Part shown: in pieces, positions 1 through 12,780 of the stretch
Layout: each line of letters begins with the position of its first letter
Numbering within the stretch: the stretch's first letter is position 1
Program-made: the position numbers and the translations under genes
Source: Octopus sinensis
Taxonomy: Eukaryota
NCBI RefSeq assembly: GCF_006345805.1
Contig: NC_043016.1
Coordinates: 13,950,001-14,014,000, forward strand
Length of the DNA stretch: 64,000 bases
Direction of reading: 5' to 3'
Notes under the pieces: model-generated
The model's database searches: none
What the model was told of the DNA's origin: nothing
The model's input: only the letters and a program-made list of their open reading frames with translations

Positions 1-512
1 GGAGGGGCTCAGGAAGGAGAATAGGTGAGAAAGAAGTAGGGTGATGTGCAAGATATAGGAGCAGTGGAGAGAGAGAGAGAGAGGTATATAAGGGGCTAGG
101 GTATTGAGAATAATAGAAAGTAAGGGAGATGTTAAGAATAGGGTACACTTGCAGTTGGGGGTGGGGGAGAAGTAGCTGAAGGCACAGCAAGAAAGTGATT
201 AGCAGAAATAGGGTGGGCAGGGATGACAATGAAGAATGTAAGTGGTTCCAGAGGGAATGGGGGGGGGGGCGTAATCACCAGAAGGCTGGGTATGTAATAT
301 GTGACAATTTCAAATGATTGCAGCAGCAGAGTAGTAAGTACTTTAGATAGGAGAATGGTAGGTTTTAGATGAGAATTGAGGGAAATACTTCACATGACAG
401 AGAGAGAGAGAGAAGGGGAGTGGAGAGTGGGTCCCCACATGTACAAGAATACAAGTGGTTTTAGAATATCATGCTTGCTTTGATGGACAAGCAAAGCAAA
501 TCGCCACTGACC

Positions 513-1250
513 TCAGTCCTCTGCCCTCTCATCTGTAACACTCAGCATCTTGGGATCAACCTTCAATATTTCATCCCACATCTTCCTCGGTCTCCCTCTT
601 CCACAAGTTCCATCCACTTTAAACAATTTGTACTGTCCTCTCCCATATTCATTGCACAACCAAACTAGTGTGGTTTTTCTCTCTTGCACACTACATCTAA
701 TTTCTCTCATTTTTTCTCATTACACTAGCACTCTGCCATACACGCACAGTCTGACATTGTACATCCAGCAGAGCATACTAGCTTCTTTTCTTTTTAGCTT
801 TCACATGTCCTCTGCATTCGGGGTCCACGTCTCTCTAACATGAAACACTGTTGTACGTAGACAAGCATCATGTAATCTGCCTTTCATTCAGAGAGAGAAA
901 GACCTTTTACAGCCAAAAGAGATAACAGCTCTGTGAATTTACTTCATCTTATTCTATTCTAGCAACTACACTTTCAGAACATCCTCCTCCTCTGCTAATT
1001 AGGTTACCTAAGTGACAGAGACTACTTACTACTACTAGGGAGCCTCCACGTCATTTGATAGAATCTATTTTCCATGAATCTATTTTTCTTGATCTCTATA
1101 GCACCTGTGCATCTTCCAAGTACAAACACTATTTTCTCCATTAACTTTCCTGTGGTCCCACTGCACCCCTTGTCTGTCTATAGTTTACACTGGGTACTCG
1201 AAATGGAATACCTGCCTACACCTTTCCTGCATAATGAGCAGGGCTGTTTA
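513..1250 (-). mobile_element. Degenerate RTE-clade LINE, ORF2 C-terminal fragments
   Basis: Minus-strand peptides GTCGRGRPRKMWDE and YLGNLISRGGGCSESVVARI-like match the RTE copies at 52-54 kb and 61-63 kb. Confidence 0.75.
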
Positions 1251-2404
1251 CTGAAGTGGTTAAAGTCTTATCTGTTGTCCTGTTTACTACAACTGTGGTA
1301 TATACATATACATATGTATTATGTATATGTATACATATATCATGTGACAATGATTGACCAGATCATTGAATGTTGCTATACCTCACTGGTCACAATGTGC
1401 TTTACATCGTTTTAGCTTTTGAATAATCCCACCCCATTGGTTAGGCGAGCAAGTCAACATTCTCCCTAACGAGAAGGCTAGACTGCTGCATTGCTACCTA
1501 TTTACAGCTGAGTAAACTGGTGCAGTGTGAAATGAAGTGTTTTGCTTGAGCAGTGAGGCAGTAAGTAAAGCATTTGAGGGAGGAGAAGGGATAATTAGAG
1601 CGGTTAGGGATGATTGAAGAGGAAATTGCAGGATGAAGAGATCAGTTGACGAAAATCAGAGAGAGAATAGATAATGTCTATGGTGTTAGCCTCAAAGTTG
1701 TTGTGTAGTCAGTATAAAACAGTGGGGATGCAAGTAGTAAACATTAGTAGGGAGAGATTAGGATATATATATACTGGTCAACTGTCTTATCTCAAACCAG
1801 TTGCAGAGAAACAATGTCAGTGACCAGGTCACTGTTAGTGTGAGGAAAAAGTTTTGACACCAAATACTAAATGATTAAGTGAAGTTAATGAGTTTTGCAT
1901 GCTTTTGATTGGTTAATATGCATCGTCACACTGCAACTGCTTACTTAAATATTACAAGGTAATTAAATTTTGTCTTTTATTTTATAAATTCTGCCAAATG
2001 ACTAATGAATATTTGAGGAAGATTATTGTGAAAAAATATGTCACAGAACTTCGTTTTTGTATTTGGTTTGCAAGGTAATTGATGTGAGGGTAGATATTTA
2101 ACCAACTGACAATCAATAAAGAAGTGATATTGAACCAATGCATGTGTTATTATTGCTGTAATGACCCTCCCAAGATACAACAAGATATGTCACAAAAGTT
2201 TATCCATTATTTGATCTTACATAGTTTTAAGATGTAGTAAAAATAGATTTTAATTATATCCTTTCCATTCTTAATTTACAAGAAATGTAACAACGAAATT
2301 ATATAAAATGAAAAGAATGAAGGAAAACTAATAAATGCATGTTTGGATATTCTTGGTGGACTTTGAGTAAACCCTGGTGCCTGGACCACATATTCATTTA
2401 GATC

Positions 2405-2716
2405 ATAAAAAGCACCATCCGAACGTGGCCATTGCCAGCACCGCCTTGGCTGGCTTCCGTGCCGGTGGCACGTTAAAAGCTCCAACCGATTGTGGCCGAT
2501 GCCGGACCCCCCTGGCACCTGTGCAGGTGGCACGTAAAAAGCACCCACTACACTCGCGGAGTGGTTGGCGTTAGGAAGGGCATCCAGCCGTAGAAACACT
2601 GCCAGATCAGACTGGACCTGGCACAGCCTTCTGGCTTCCCAGACCCCGGTCGAACCGTCCAACCCATGCTAGCATGGAAAGCGGACGTTAAACGATGATG
2701 ATGATGATGATGATGA
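2405..2716 (+). mobile_element. 5'-truncated RTE 3'UTR/tail copy ending in (GAT)n
   Basis: aaaagcacc...gtggttggcgttaggaagggcatccagc...ggacgttaaacgatgatg. The same tail follows the RTE ORF2 at 53.9-54.5 kb. Confidence 0.8.
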
Positions 2717-2834
2717 TAACTGTATCTGCAGCAGTTGGATAGAATGCCTTGTGTTATTTAGTCTGGCTATCTTCTCTTTGAGTTTGGATCCAACTTAGGC
2801 CAATTCTGCCTTTCATTTTGGGTTAAAAAAACAC

Positions 2835-2975
<141 letters not shown>

Positions 2976-3344
2976 CCCTTTGTGCGTGTGTAAGAAATTA
3001 GCTGCATCTGCATCGGATATGGATGGACTTTGTCAGGTTTAAAATGACCGAGTTATGTCATTTGTCATGACAACACCTCTACAACTACATCAGGAATTAA
3101 TGACTGACGGCTGACTGGCTGACTGGCTGGCTGGCTGGAACAATCTGGTGAGGTTAGCCAACAAAGGAATCTCATTGTGATTTACTAAAAGTAGTAGCCA
3201 AATATTTCTTAATCCACACCCTACCATCTTAATTAGATGGCCGTGGCTAGAATGCATATGATCATAATGCTGCCTGATCAAGATTGACCTGGAGTTAAAT
3301 TAGAAAATTTTTATTATTAAAGAGTGACTAAAACAATTGGTGAT

Positions 3345-3560
3345 ATCACCATCATCATCCTTTTGCATGTTTTCCCTGCTGGCATGGGTTGGACAGTTTA
3401 ACAGGATCTCATGAGCCACAGGGCAGCATTATGCTCTGGTATCTGCTTTGGTATGGTTTCTACAGCTGGATGCCCTTTCTGACACCAATCAAATTGCAGT
3501 GTGTGGTGGGTGTCTTTTTTTTTTTTTTTGTGGCACCAACACTTGTGGGGTTGCCAAGTA
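3345..3560 (-). mobile_element. RTE tail copy, degenerate
   Basis: Reverse complement of the tail consensus (catcatc...gcatgggttggac...ggatgcccttt). Confidence 0.65.
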
Positions 3561-4647
3561 AGTTGTAAGACAGGAAAGAACAAGAAAAGGAGGGAGAGGG
3601 GAAAGGGGAAAGCTCCCTTAACTGTGGTGGGGGAAGTTTTTGAGAAGGTGGTGTGGAGATTTTATTCCAGGGACAAGCAGAGATGTCTTGCTATGGAGTA
3701 GATACATGGCTATCCCACTTTTATATTATAAGGGTGGCTGGGAGTTTCTAGAAAAAAGGTAAGATGGAAGCAATGGGGTACCAGAGCAAAACCTTCAGGA
3801 AGCAAGAGATGACATGGTGGGAATAGTAACTGATGGTTAGATATGAGATATGAGAGGTGGTGAAAGGAGAGGTGGTGCAGCTTGATGGGAAATTGAGGTA
3901 TGGGTAGGGGTAGAAAGAGAGAGATAGGAGTGGCTCAGGGATGATAGTTCAGGGAGTAGAGAAGAAGAGCAAGGCACAGGAGTGTGGAGAGGGAGATTTA
4001 GAGGATAAAAGGAATAGCTATAGAGAGTGGGTGAAATAGATGGGTGAAATGAGAGGACACTGAGGTAGGGGGGTGGGACGATAGCTGATATGTGAAATGT
4101 TAAAGTAAAGCATGTCAGAGAAGGGAGGGAGGATGGAGAGGGTAAGGGACGATAATGAGAATTAAAATTATCTTGAAAATAAAGAACATTCCTGCAAAAT
4201 ACGAGAAATTGTGATTTTTAAAGTTCATAGAATATAAAGTTTACGCACAAAATTGATAAGTTCAATGCTGCTTTTCAGCTCTGGTTAGATGAGCTGATAT
4301 ATTTCTCACTGGTGACATTACAGATAAGAACAAGCAAAATGTCAATTTGCATAATAATAATTGAATGTGTCACTTAAAGGTATTTACCAAAAATAGTGTC
4401 AGTAGGTATATCTTTCATTCTAGAGTGTCATTTCTATTACTAACAGTTGAAGATTATTCTGTGGTTATTCGTGATAACTTTAGTCAGTGCATCCACATTG
4501 AGAAAACTCTCCAAAATAACTAAATTCAACACTATAAACACTAAACTATGACTTAAATTTATACACCTTGAGCTACATACTATTTAAAACCTTAATAAAG
4601 ATCTTTATCAGAAGCTTTAATAATAACCGTTTATGGTTATTAATATA

Positions 4648-5049
4648 TCTTTATATATAAAAGTGAGGTTGTGTGCTGTCTGTCTCCTACGATTTAGATT
4701 CCTAACTACTCCCACATTTTGCTGTACAGTTTAGCCAAAAGCGGGTATCTTATAGTCGTGATTCATATCGAGCCCTTCTGGGTATTAGCACGTGTCTACG
4801 ATGAGTCTACGATTAAAAAAAAAATTTACCATCATTTTTTCCATTTTAATGCATTTTTTCGCTATTATATAAGGGAAGTAACTCTCTAAAAATGTCTACG
4901 ATGAGTCAACGATTTAAAAAAAAATTTACCATAATTTTTTTATCATTTTTAATGCATTTTTTTTTGCTAATTTTTGGCTATAACTCTCTAAAAATGCTTA
5001 TATAGTTATTTCCCTTACAAACCCGAGCAACGCCGGGCGATACTGCTAG
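4648..5049 (+). mobile_element. Non-autonomous Helitron
   Basis: Starts TC (tctttatatataaaag), ends CTAG after a subterminal GC hairpin (cccgagcaacgccggg), inserted between A4647 and T5050. Confidence 0.85.
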
Positions 5050-5529
5050 TATCTAATAAAAATAAGATCTTTAGGAGTTCTACTTGTTTGGCAAGTGACT
5101 AGTTCGTGAGATTTATATATTTTTTTTCTTTTTTGTTTATCTGAGTGTGCAGGTTGAAAAGCAAATAGACAACCCTAGAAAATATAACCTGCATGGTATT
5201 CACAAATCTTTATAAATTTGCTGGAAAAGTAAACTCAACTATTGAGGAAATAGCTTAACATTTAAGAGAAATAGTATAGATTAACTTTGCTGTTCTACTG
5301 CCTTGACCCATTTTCTTTATTTTAAAATCTCAGTTGGGGGGGGGGGTACCTCACAAGAGAATTTTCATATTGTGCAATTGAGTTGATCCTCTACTCACAT
5401 AATTATCATCATCATCAAATGCCTGTTTCCCATGCTGGCATCAGTTGGAAAGCTACACCAGGCTGCATTTGTGTATATTGGCAAGGTTCCTGTGACTGGA
5501 TACCCTTCCTTATAGTATTAGGTTCAATA

Positions 5530-5850
5530 GAATAAATACCAGTAACTTATATGTTATTATACATCTTCCACAGCAGAAGTGTTAAGGCCACTTCCGCTAG
5601 CAAAGAGGATTGGCTTGCAAGAGTCTTGTACCAGCGCCAAATAAAAGCACTCGTGCCAGTGACACGTAAGATGTATGCACCACACACTGTAAAGTGGTTG
5701 CCATTAGAAAGGGCATCCAACCATAGACACCAGGCTGGAACCTGGTGCAGCTTCCTAGCTTGCCAGCTCTGGTCAAAACACCTAACTTATACCAGCATGG
5801 AAAATGGACTTTAAAGGATGATGATGATGGTGGTGGTGGTGGTGGTGGTG
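5530..5850 (+). mobile_element. RTE tail copy
   Basis: aaaagcact...gtggttgccattagaaagggcatcc...gatgatgatggtggt tail. Confidence 0.7.
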
Positions 5851-6299
5851 ATGATATGGAGGCTGGTTTCTATTGATATACCTTTTCTTCATGTTATTCA
5901 AATTAAATATTTATTATCAAAAATTAGAGCAATGTACAAAAAAAAACCTTGTGGTATTTACATTGTGATTTTGATCCCTCTATGAACAATTTTACATGTA
6001 GATCTTTTTTGTGTCATTTTAATCAATTTGTGGTCTTCAGTTAATGTTAGAAGTAGTAGTCATGGCTGGAAGGATTTTCATCATATCATAGAGCCTCCTT
6101 AGTCAGGGTTTACCAACAGGTGCTAAACAACAAAACAAATAAACTTTAATTAAGAATCACTAATATGAAAGCTTATAATCAATCTAAATTAAAATAAACT
6201 TTTATTGTTATGTGACTTAACTTAGGATTGGTATTATTCCTGGTAGAGTTTATGTGGGTTGCAGGGTACTGAAACATTAGACATCCATATGATTTTAGT

Positions 6300-6750
6300 A
6301 AGCAATCAAGTGCTTAAAACCTGATAATCTTCTTTGTTCCTGAGAAGCAAACCTTCTGTAGAAGCTCAATGGGATATTTCATTCCAATCTCCCTTAAGCA
6401 CTTGTCTATGTTATTACTCACAGTGCCAAATGCACCAATTATTACAGGTACAACCTTTACAGAGTTGCCAGGATTGTTAACATGCTGTGCAAAATGGTTA
6501 GCAGCATTTTGTTTGTCGTTATGTCTTGAAATCAAATTCTGCTGAGGTCATCTTTACTTTTTGTCCTTCAAGGGTTAATAAACTAAACACACCTTTTTTG
6601 TCTGATCTTTTATAATAATATCCGGTTTATTAGCTTTTATAGTTTTGTCGGTATGTACAAACTATTTTTTTATCAGACCTAATGTGCCTATTATAATAGG
6701 AATTGTTTCTGTTTTTAGGTTCCACATTCGAGTTACCTCTATTTCCAGGT
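6300..6750 (-). mobile_element. Two R4/Dong-like (RLE-type) LINE C-terminal fragments
   Basis: VKVVPVIIGAFGTV...ELLQKV (6314-6535) and YKDLEIEVTRMWNLKTETIPIIIGTLG (~6640-6750). Confidence 0.75.
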
Positions 6751-6754
6751 CTTT

Positions 6755-6756
<2 letters not shown>

Positions 6757-6813
<57 letters not shown>
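6757..6813. repeat. (ATT)n microsatellite
   Basis: Direct observation. Confidence 0.97.
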
Positions 6814-6815
<2 letters not shown>

Positions 6816-7049
6816 GTTATGTAATGTTTTGGTTTGTTTTAATTCATATGAGTTGAACCCAAATCTCAAGTAGAGATGTCAAGGAACAGCAAGGTTTTGC
6901 ACCTAAAGATGCCAATAACAGTTGAGGTGCCATGCAACTGAGAACATTGATGTCTGTGGGAGAGAAAAAAAAAACACAGAGTGAGTAAGGTTGCATTTAT
7001 ATGGAAAGGAATTTACATAGAATATATGAGGTAGCCATAAGTAAGATCT

Positions 7050-8215
7050 TTTGTAATTTACTTATTTTGGGGTTGCCAAGAATTTGGTCTACATGTTTAC
7101 TTCTCTTGATACCATTCCAAGAGTCACAACAATAATAGCTATTGTTGTTGTTTTGAGATGCCACATTCTTCTGATTTCAATCTCCAGGTACTTATATTTG
7201 CTCAGTTTTTCAAACGTTTTCTGAGATGTGCTTTTGTTGACTGGGACTGCTACATCAATCTTTTCAAAATGATTTTTCACAAAGAGTTCAGGTTGGTTTA
7301 CCTGTATTCCCCAGGTAGTCACTACACTGAGATTCTAAAGGATTAGTAACCTCAATAATCTGGGCAACCTGTGGTGTCTGGTGTTCCCACAGATTGTTTT
7401 TGTGACAGAGATCATACTGAACTGCCCCATCATGCCTTTGCAAGTATTCTGTTGGTGCCAATCTGCTGCATTCAAGATTATGTAATTGACTGTCTCTGGG
7501 TGTTCTCTGCAGACACAGCATGGCAGGTTGTTTTCATGCTTCAGTACATTATTCTGGTAATTTCTAGTCAGAAGGGACTTGTCCTGCGCAGCAACTATAC
7601 CCCCCCCCCTCAGCTTCTGGTTTGAGACCAGAACGTGACAGTCACTGATGAATAAGGGCTTGATCAACATCAGGGTCCCTGATTCTAGTCAGGTATTTGC
7701 CATTTTTCTTGAATATATCAAAGGCTGGTTTGTTTTGCTAGGGTTTGTATTTGTTTTGCCTTATCTATTGGGGACACATTTTCTTCAGGTAATGGTTCCT
7801 CTTGTTACATTTCTTGGAGATACATTTTTACATCTTTCACCATTCAGTGCAACATTTTGATATCTTCATGTTTCAGAACCAACTTAAACATCCAGTTGTT
7901 TTGCTTGTTGCAAGTAGGCAGAAAGTCCCTTGGTTGCAGTTTTCAATAAGAGTTGAAATTGTATTAACCCCTGACTGCCTTCTTTTCTTGGGAGGAATAT
8001 TCAGTCTATGTCTGCTTTAGGGTGATGCATACAATGCAACGACATCAGCTTTTGGATTTGACATCACCTTCATTGATCTCAGAAACGGTGCAGTTTATGA
8101 CATTGAATCTGCAAGTGATTACAGGCATGGTCATTGTGTTTATGGCTTCAATTTTGTTTCTGGCATTCAGCTCAATTTCAGAATAGTTCTTTGACTTTGT
8201 CTTTCATCTTTATGA
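7050..8215 (-). mobile_element. R4/Dong-like non-LTR retrotransposon relic (post-RT region, CCHC-like knuckle, RLE domain)
   Basis: SELNARNKIEAIN, MHHPKADID*IFLPRKEG, RGGGIVAAQDKSLLTRNY, CCVCREHPETVNYI and KIDVAVP...KLSKYKYLEIEIRRMW, with stops and frameshifts. Confidence 0.85.
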
Positions 8216-8399
8216 AATAAGTACCAGTTGAGCACTGGGACTTACCTCCTCCTCCAAAGTTGTTGGCTTTGTGCCAAAATTTGAAACCACCACCATCATC
8301 ATCATCATCTTCTTCATCACCATCATCATCGTCATCATCATCATTATTATTTCTTTTCTTTTTCTTTTTCTGACTTATTTATTTCATATCTCAGCTCCA

Positions 8400-8720
8400 T
8401 CCTGAAGCTTAGAGACATACAACACTTTCCTCAACACATGAGTTGTTCAAAGTATTGCTGCCAGCTGTGTTCTTCCTATGAAGTTTGGTATTTACAGCTT
8501 TTGATGCCAGAATATTGCTCTCTTTGAGACATTCCCAAGAGCGCCAATCACAATAGGTACCATGTTCACTTTTGAATCTCTATGGAAGCATTTCCCTTCC
8601 AATGCTAGGTTTGGTATTTCCTTACTTTCTTGTCCTCTGTCTTCACAATATTCTGGTCTGCAGGTATAACTACATCGATGAAGGCCCATTCTTAGACTCC
8701 TGCCATAGGAGAGTGATATC
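8400..8720 (-). mobile_element. R4/Dong-like RLE C-terminal fragment
   Basis: KVNMVPIVIGALGNVSK; part of it is duplicated at 9481-9607. Confidence 0.7.
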
Positions 8721-9480
8721 TGGTCTGTTATGGTGCAGCTTCTTATCTGTGTAGATTGGTATATCTCATGTGAGTTCCAAACAGTAGAACTCCCATGTGA
8801 GTTCTACAGTTTGGTTTTTAATTTGATGTGAGTACAATTGTAAAAATAAAAATGGTATTTCTTAATCTATTTTCTACTTTTACCCCTTTGAACAAAACAA
8901 AAAAAAAAACCTTAGAACTTTCTGATGCAACTTATTTTCTGATGTAATTGTAAGAAAATAGGATATGGCAACAAGACGAATCAAGAAAGAAAATACACAC
9001 ACTTAATTAACAAAAACATTTGCACAGACAGTACCTCCCCCACCCCACCCCACCCCCACACAAAATATTTTGAATAAAAATATGAACATTAAAAAAGAAA
9101 ACCAACAATGATGTAACTAGTGTTTCTGACAGCAAAAACAGTTTATTTAAAGATTCACATCAGCAGTAACATCAGCAACCATAAAAACACACAGCGTCAC
9201 ACTCAGATAAATAAGAATATAAGAATATAAGGATATAAGAATATAAGAATAAACAAGGAAATTCTGAACTTAAGCAGGTTCCTATTGAAGATTCAAGATT
9301 AGAAGGACTATATTACAAAAAAACAACTCTCTCTCCCTTCTTCAAGATTTGGAAAGGAGAATGTTGGCATGCCTCATGAAAACAGAACAGGCTTTTTTAT
9401 GTACTGTCTAAAATAAATCGAAGCAAGTTCTAGCCAATGTATGGGACAATATTTTGTGTATTAAATGAGGCAAAAAGTAT

Positions 9481-9607
9481 TTCCTCAACACATGAACTGT
9501 TCAGAGTATTGCTGCCAGCTGTGTTCTTCCTATGAAGTTTGGTATTTTCAGCTTTTGATGCCAGAATATTGCTCTCTTTGAGACATTCCCAAGAGCACCA
9601 ATCACAA
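9481..9607 (-). repeat. Near-identical local copy of 8428-8553 (R4-like 3' end)
   Basis: About 125-bp direct match (ttcctcaacacatga...gagacattcccaagagc.ccaatcacaat). Confidence 0.9.
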
Positions 9608-9859
9608 TGCTTTGTTCTTGGGTAAGAACAAAGCTGAGTGATAAGATCCATACCTGCATGTAGACTCACATTATGGGACATGGGTCAACATGGCACAATG
9701 ATGAGTGTTAGGAACGTCACCAGGAACATCTTGCAGCTCATCTTTATCTTTGTGAAGCAATATGGGTGGGTTGTGAGAGTTGTAGGAATGCAGAACATGT
9801 GGTTGAGAGGGATCTGTATAGACTTGTAAGCCCTTATGACCCCTACAAAACTACAAAGC

Positions 9860-10440
9860 TAATATAAAGTTGCACCCTCTCAGAAGGATAGAAATATGAG
9901 TGATCATACTGGGAAAAGGCCCAGTTACTGCCCTTGTTACTTGGCAACTTTATACCACACAAATGCCATTGTGAGGCTGTTGTTGATGGGTTTGGCCTGC
10001 ATCTGCTTTCATGCCAACTTAGCACTGGCCTGTTCCCTCAACATGCTACTTTGAATGACATCATCAGGAGGAACCTCGACACAGTCAGCTTACCATCACA
10101 ACAAGAGTTAGTTGGCCTTGAACATGGCACTGGTAAATGCCCCGACAGAATAACCTTCATCCCATTCAAGACAGAAAAATCTCTGATCTGGGATGTGATG
10201 TACTGCAACTCATTCTCTGCCACCAACTTTGTTGCTTCAGCTGCAAACCTGGGCACAGTGCCTGCAATGCAGAAGGGAGGAGGATAAGCAAATACCAGAG
10301 TTTGACCAACCACTTTTTCTTTTCCATACCAGTCACCTCTGATGTCCTTGGCCCCGACATTGCTAATTTTCTCTGCAAAACTGGAAAGACAGCATCCCCA
10401 CCTGAGGAAAGTGCACTGTGAGGTAGAATGGCTGTTTCTG
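9860..10440 (+). mobile_element. CRE-clade-like LINE relic (zinc-finger plus restriction-like endonuclease region)
   Basis: KCHCEAVVDGFGLHLLSC...QHATLNDII...KCPDRITFIPF...LIWDV...AEGRRISKYQSL resembles the C-terminal region of CRE ORFs. Confidence 0.7.
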
Positions 10441-11149
10441 TGGGAAGCATTTCCCCTTTGGTTTTCAGGGGGGTCTTGGACCTGTGGGGTTCCTCAACTG
10501 ACCACAAATGGAGGTTCTTCTTTGAGAAAATTGAATCCTCATTATTTATTATTAACTTATGTTTCATGTTTTGTTTTATTTTTTTATGGTGGGAGGGCCT
10601 CTGGAAGGGCCCCATTTGATTTTCTGCATAGATCCTCATACTGTCTTTTGTATGTCTTTGTAATTGATCCTCTTATCTGACACCATGGTGGCAAATAAAA
10701 GCAATCATTATTGAGCTGGCAGAGTCATTAGAGCTTTGTAATAAATGCTTTCTTCTGGTTTTTTTACATTCTGACTTCAAATCCTACCAGGGTCAATTTT
10801 TCCTTCCATCCTTTTAGGTTTGATAAAATATAATATCAGTCAAATACTAGAGTCAATGTAATCAATGAACTCCTTCCCCTAAAATTGCTGGTCATTGGCC
10901 AAAATTTGAAGCAATTATTATTGTTACTAGCAGGAGGGTTGTCCTCTGAGTGGTTTTTACTAGTCACTAAATAATATTTATTTATTCAATTCCCAATCTG
11001 TAAGATTCTTCTGATGTGTTATGTCTAATTTCCCTTTGAATCCTTTATTCAACCAAAAGCACTCACTTTCACAGTAAATAAATCTAGAATAACACCAAAC
11101 TCTCAGATATTGTTAGAATTTATAAAGAAATCCAGTATCATGTTGAATT

Positions 11150-11400
11150 AATTTAGCCAATGTAAAAGGCCTCAGTTTATGAAAGAAACCAAATTCCATG
11201 AAGAAACATCTACGGAAATGCCAGATCCGGGAATTCACAGTGCACATCAGAGCAACACAGCAGAACAGGGGCAACCTTAGAATCTCTGAGGCCATCCTCA
11301 TACACCAAATAAAACCATATATCAACAGCAGAAAAGAGTTATGGGAAGCTAGCTGGTTGCTAAAGCAGCACCTTTCCATGCATGTCCACTCCACACATGC
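11150..11400 (+). mobile_element. Penelope-like element, GIY-YIG endonuclease C-terminal fragment
   Basis: MKKHLRKC...FTVHIRA...LRISEAILIHQIKPYINSRKE fits the PLE 'L.I.E.I.I...KP.LN' pattern. Confidence 0.6.
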
Positions 11401-11589
11401 TCACACACACACATGCTCACACACACACATCGGCAACATTTGTCAGTTTCTTGAAAATGGGGCCATAACCCCAAATTATTGAATGCAAGGTAAGTCTATA
11501 TTAATTCATATATTTGTTTTCTAGGGATTTGCCTTGCATTTACTTCACATTGTTCTGGCCTTACCCACAATCCTATCCAAACATGGCCA

Positions 11590-12420
11590 GTGCCAGTACC
11601 CCCTGACTGACTCCCGGGCTGGTGGCACATAAAAAGCACTATCCGAATGTGATTAATGCCAGGCTTGCCTGACTGGCTCCTGTGCCAGTGGCACATAAAA
11701 AGCACTTACTACACTCTAGGAGTAGTTGGTGTTAGGAAAGGCATCCAACCGTAGAAAGATTGCCAGATCAGATTGGAACCTGGTGCAGCTTCCTGGCTTG
11801 CCAGTCCTCTGTCAAACCGTCCAACCCATGCCAGCATGGAAAACGGACGTTAAATGATGATTATGATAATGGTGGTGGTGGTGGTGGTGATGATTCAGCT
11901 TAGATGGTCAGGTCATCCCACCTGTATGAGGGATATCAGAATTCCAAAGCAACTTCTCTTTGGCCAATTCCCAACAGGAATGTCAGTTGAAAGGCCACAT
12001 TTCTGCTTCAAAGACAAACTAAAAGCCAATCTGAAGTGATGCAAAATTCCCTTTTCTTTCTGGGAAAACAAAGCATCAGAACACAGGACCTGGTGCCAGT
12101 CCTGCTTCTCCTCACTTCAAAGATTTGAGTACAGTCAATTCCAACATTGGGACCAACTTAGTGCAAGCCTGAATGTACACTGGCAAAACGCTGCTCCTCT
12201 AAATGGAAACCTTACATGTCATTGTGGTTTTGTAGCACAAACCTTGCCCTCCACTCAATAAAACACACAGTAAATAATCTACAAGCACTCGAGCAAACTG
12301 ATTCCTCAACTTGTTCCATTTGCCAAATGGTTTGCAAAGCACCAACTGTCCTCAAAAGACATATTTGTGTCCATAGAACATGATTAAAGCTTTATTTTAC
12401 TGAACTCACATTTGTTGTTC
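11590..12420 (+). mobile_element. RTE tail copy followed by a BovB-like RTE ORF2 3' fragment
   Basis: Tail at 11590-11880, then LRWSGHPTCMRDIRIPKQLLFGQ...PHFCFKDKLKANLK. Confidence 0.7.
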
Positions 12421-12489
12421 ATGACAAGAGAATCCATCTTCATATTCTTTTATTATTTTTTTTCATTTATTTGTTTCAGTCATTTGACT

Positions 12490-12780
12490 GTGTTCCTGTT
12501 GATCTGACCAAGGGAACAGCCTGCTCATGAAATTCATATGCAAGTGGCTGAGTACTCCACAGACCCATGTACCCGTAATGTAGTTCTCTGGGAGATTTAG
12601 TTGTGATACAGAGTGTGATAAGGCTGGTACTTCGGAATACAAGTACAGCTCATTTTTGCCAGCTGAGTGGTATGGAGCAACATAGAATAAAGTGTCTTGC
12701 TCAAGGGTACAACATGCTGCCAGGAATCGAACTCATGACCTTACAACCATGAGCCAAACACACTAACCACTAAGCCACTC
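12490..12780 (-). mobile_element. Degenerate tRNA-derived SINE (family of 16583 and 33211)
   Basis: Shares cagcctgctc.tgaaatt...gtggctgag.actccacagac with the younger copies. Confidence 0.65.

Noticed and set aside
4270-6110. Short exon-like segments with plausible splice sites (e.g. 5154-5196 VEKQIDNPRKYNLH; tactaacag near 4445)
   Set aside because: Too short and unrecognisable, and no consistent gene model could be built without homology or RNA data.
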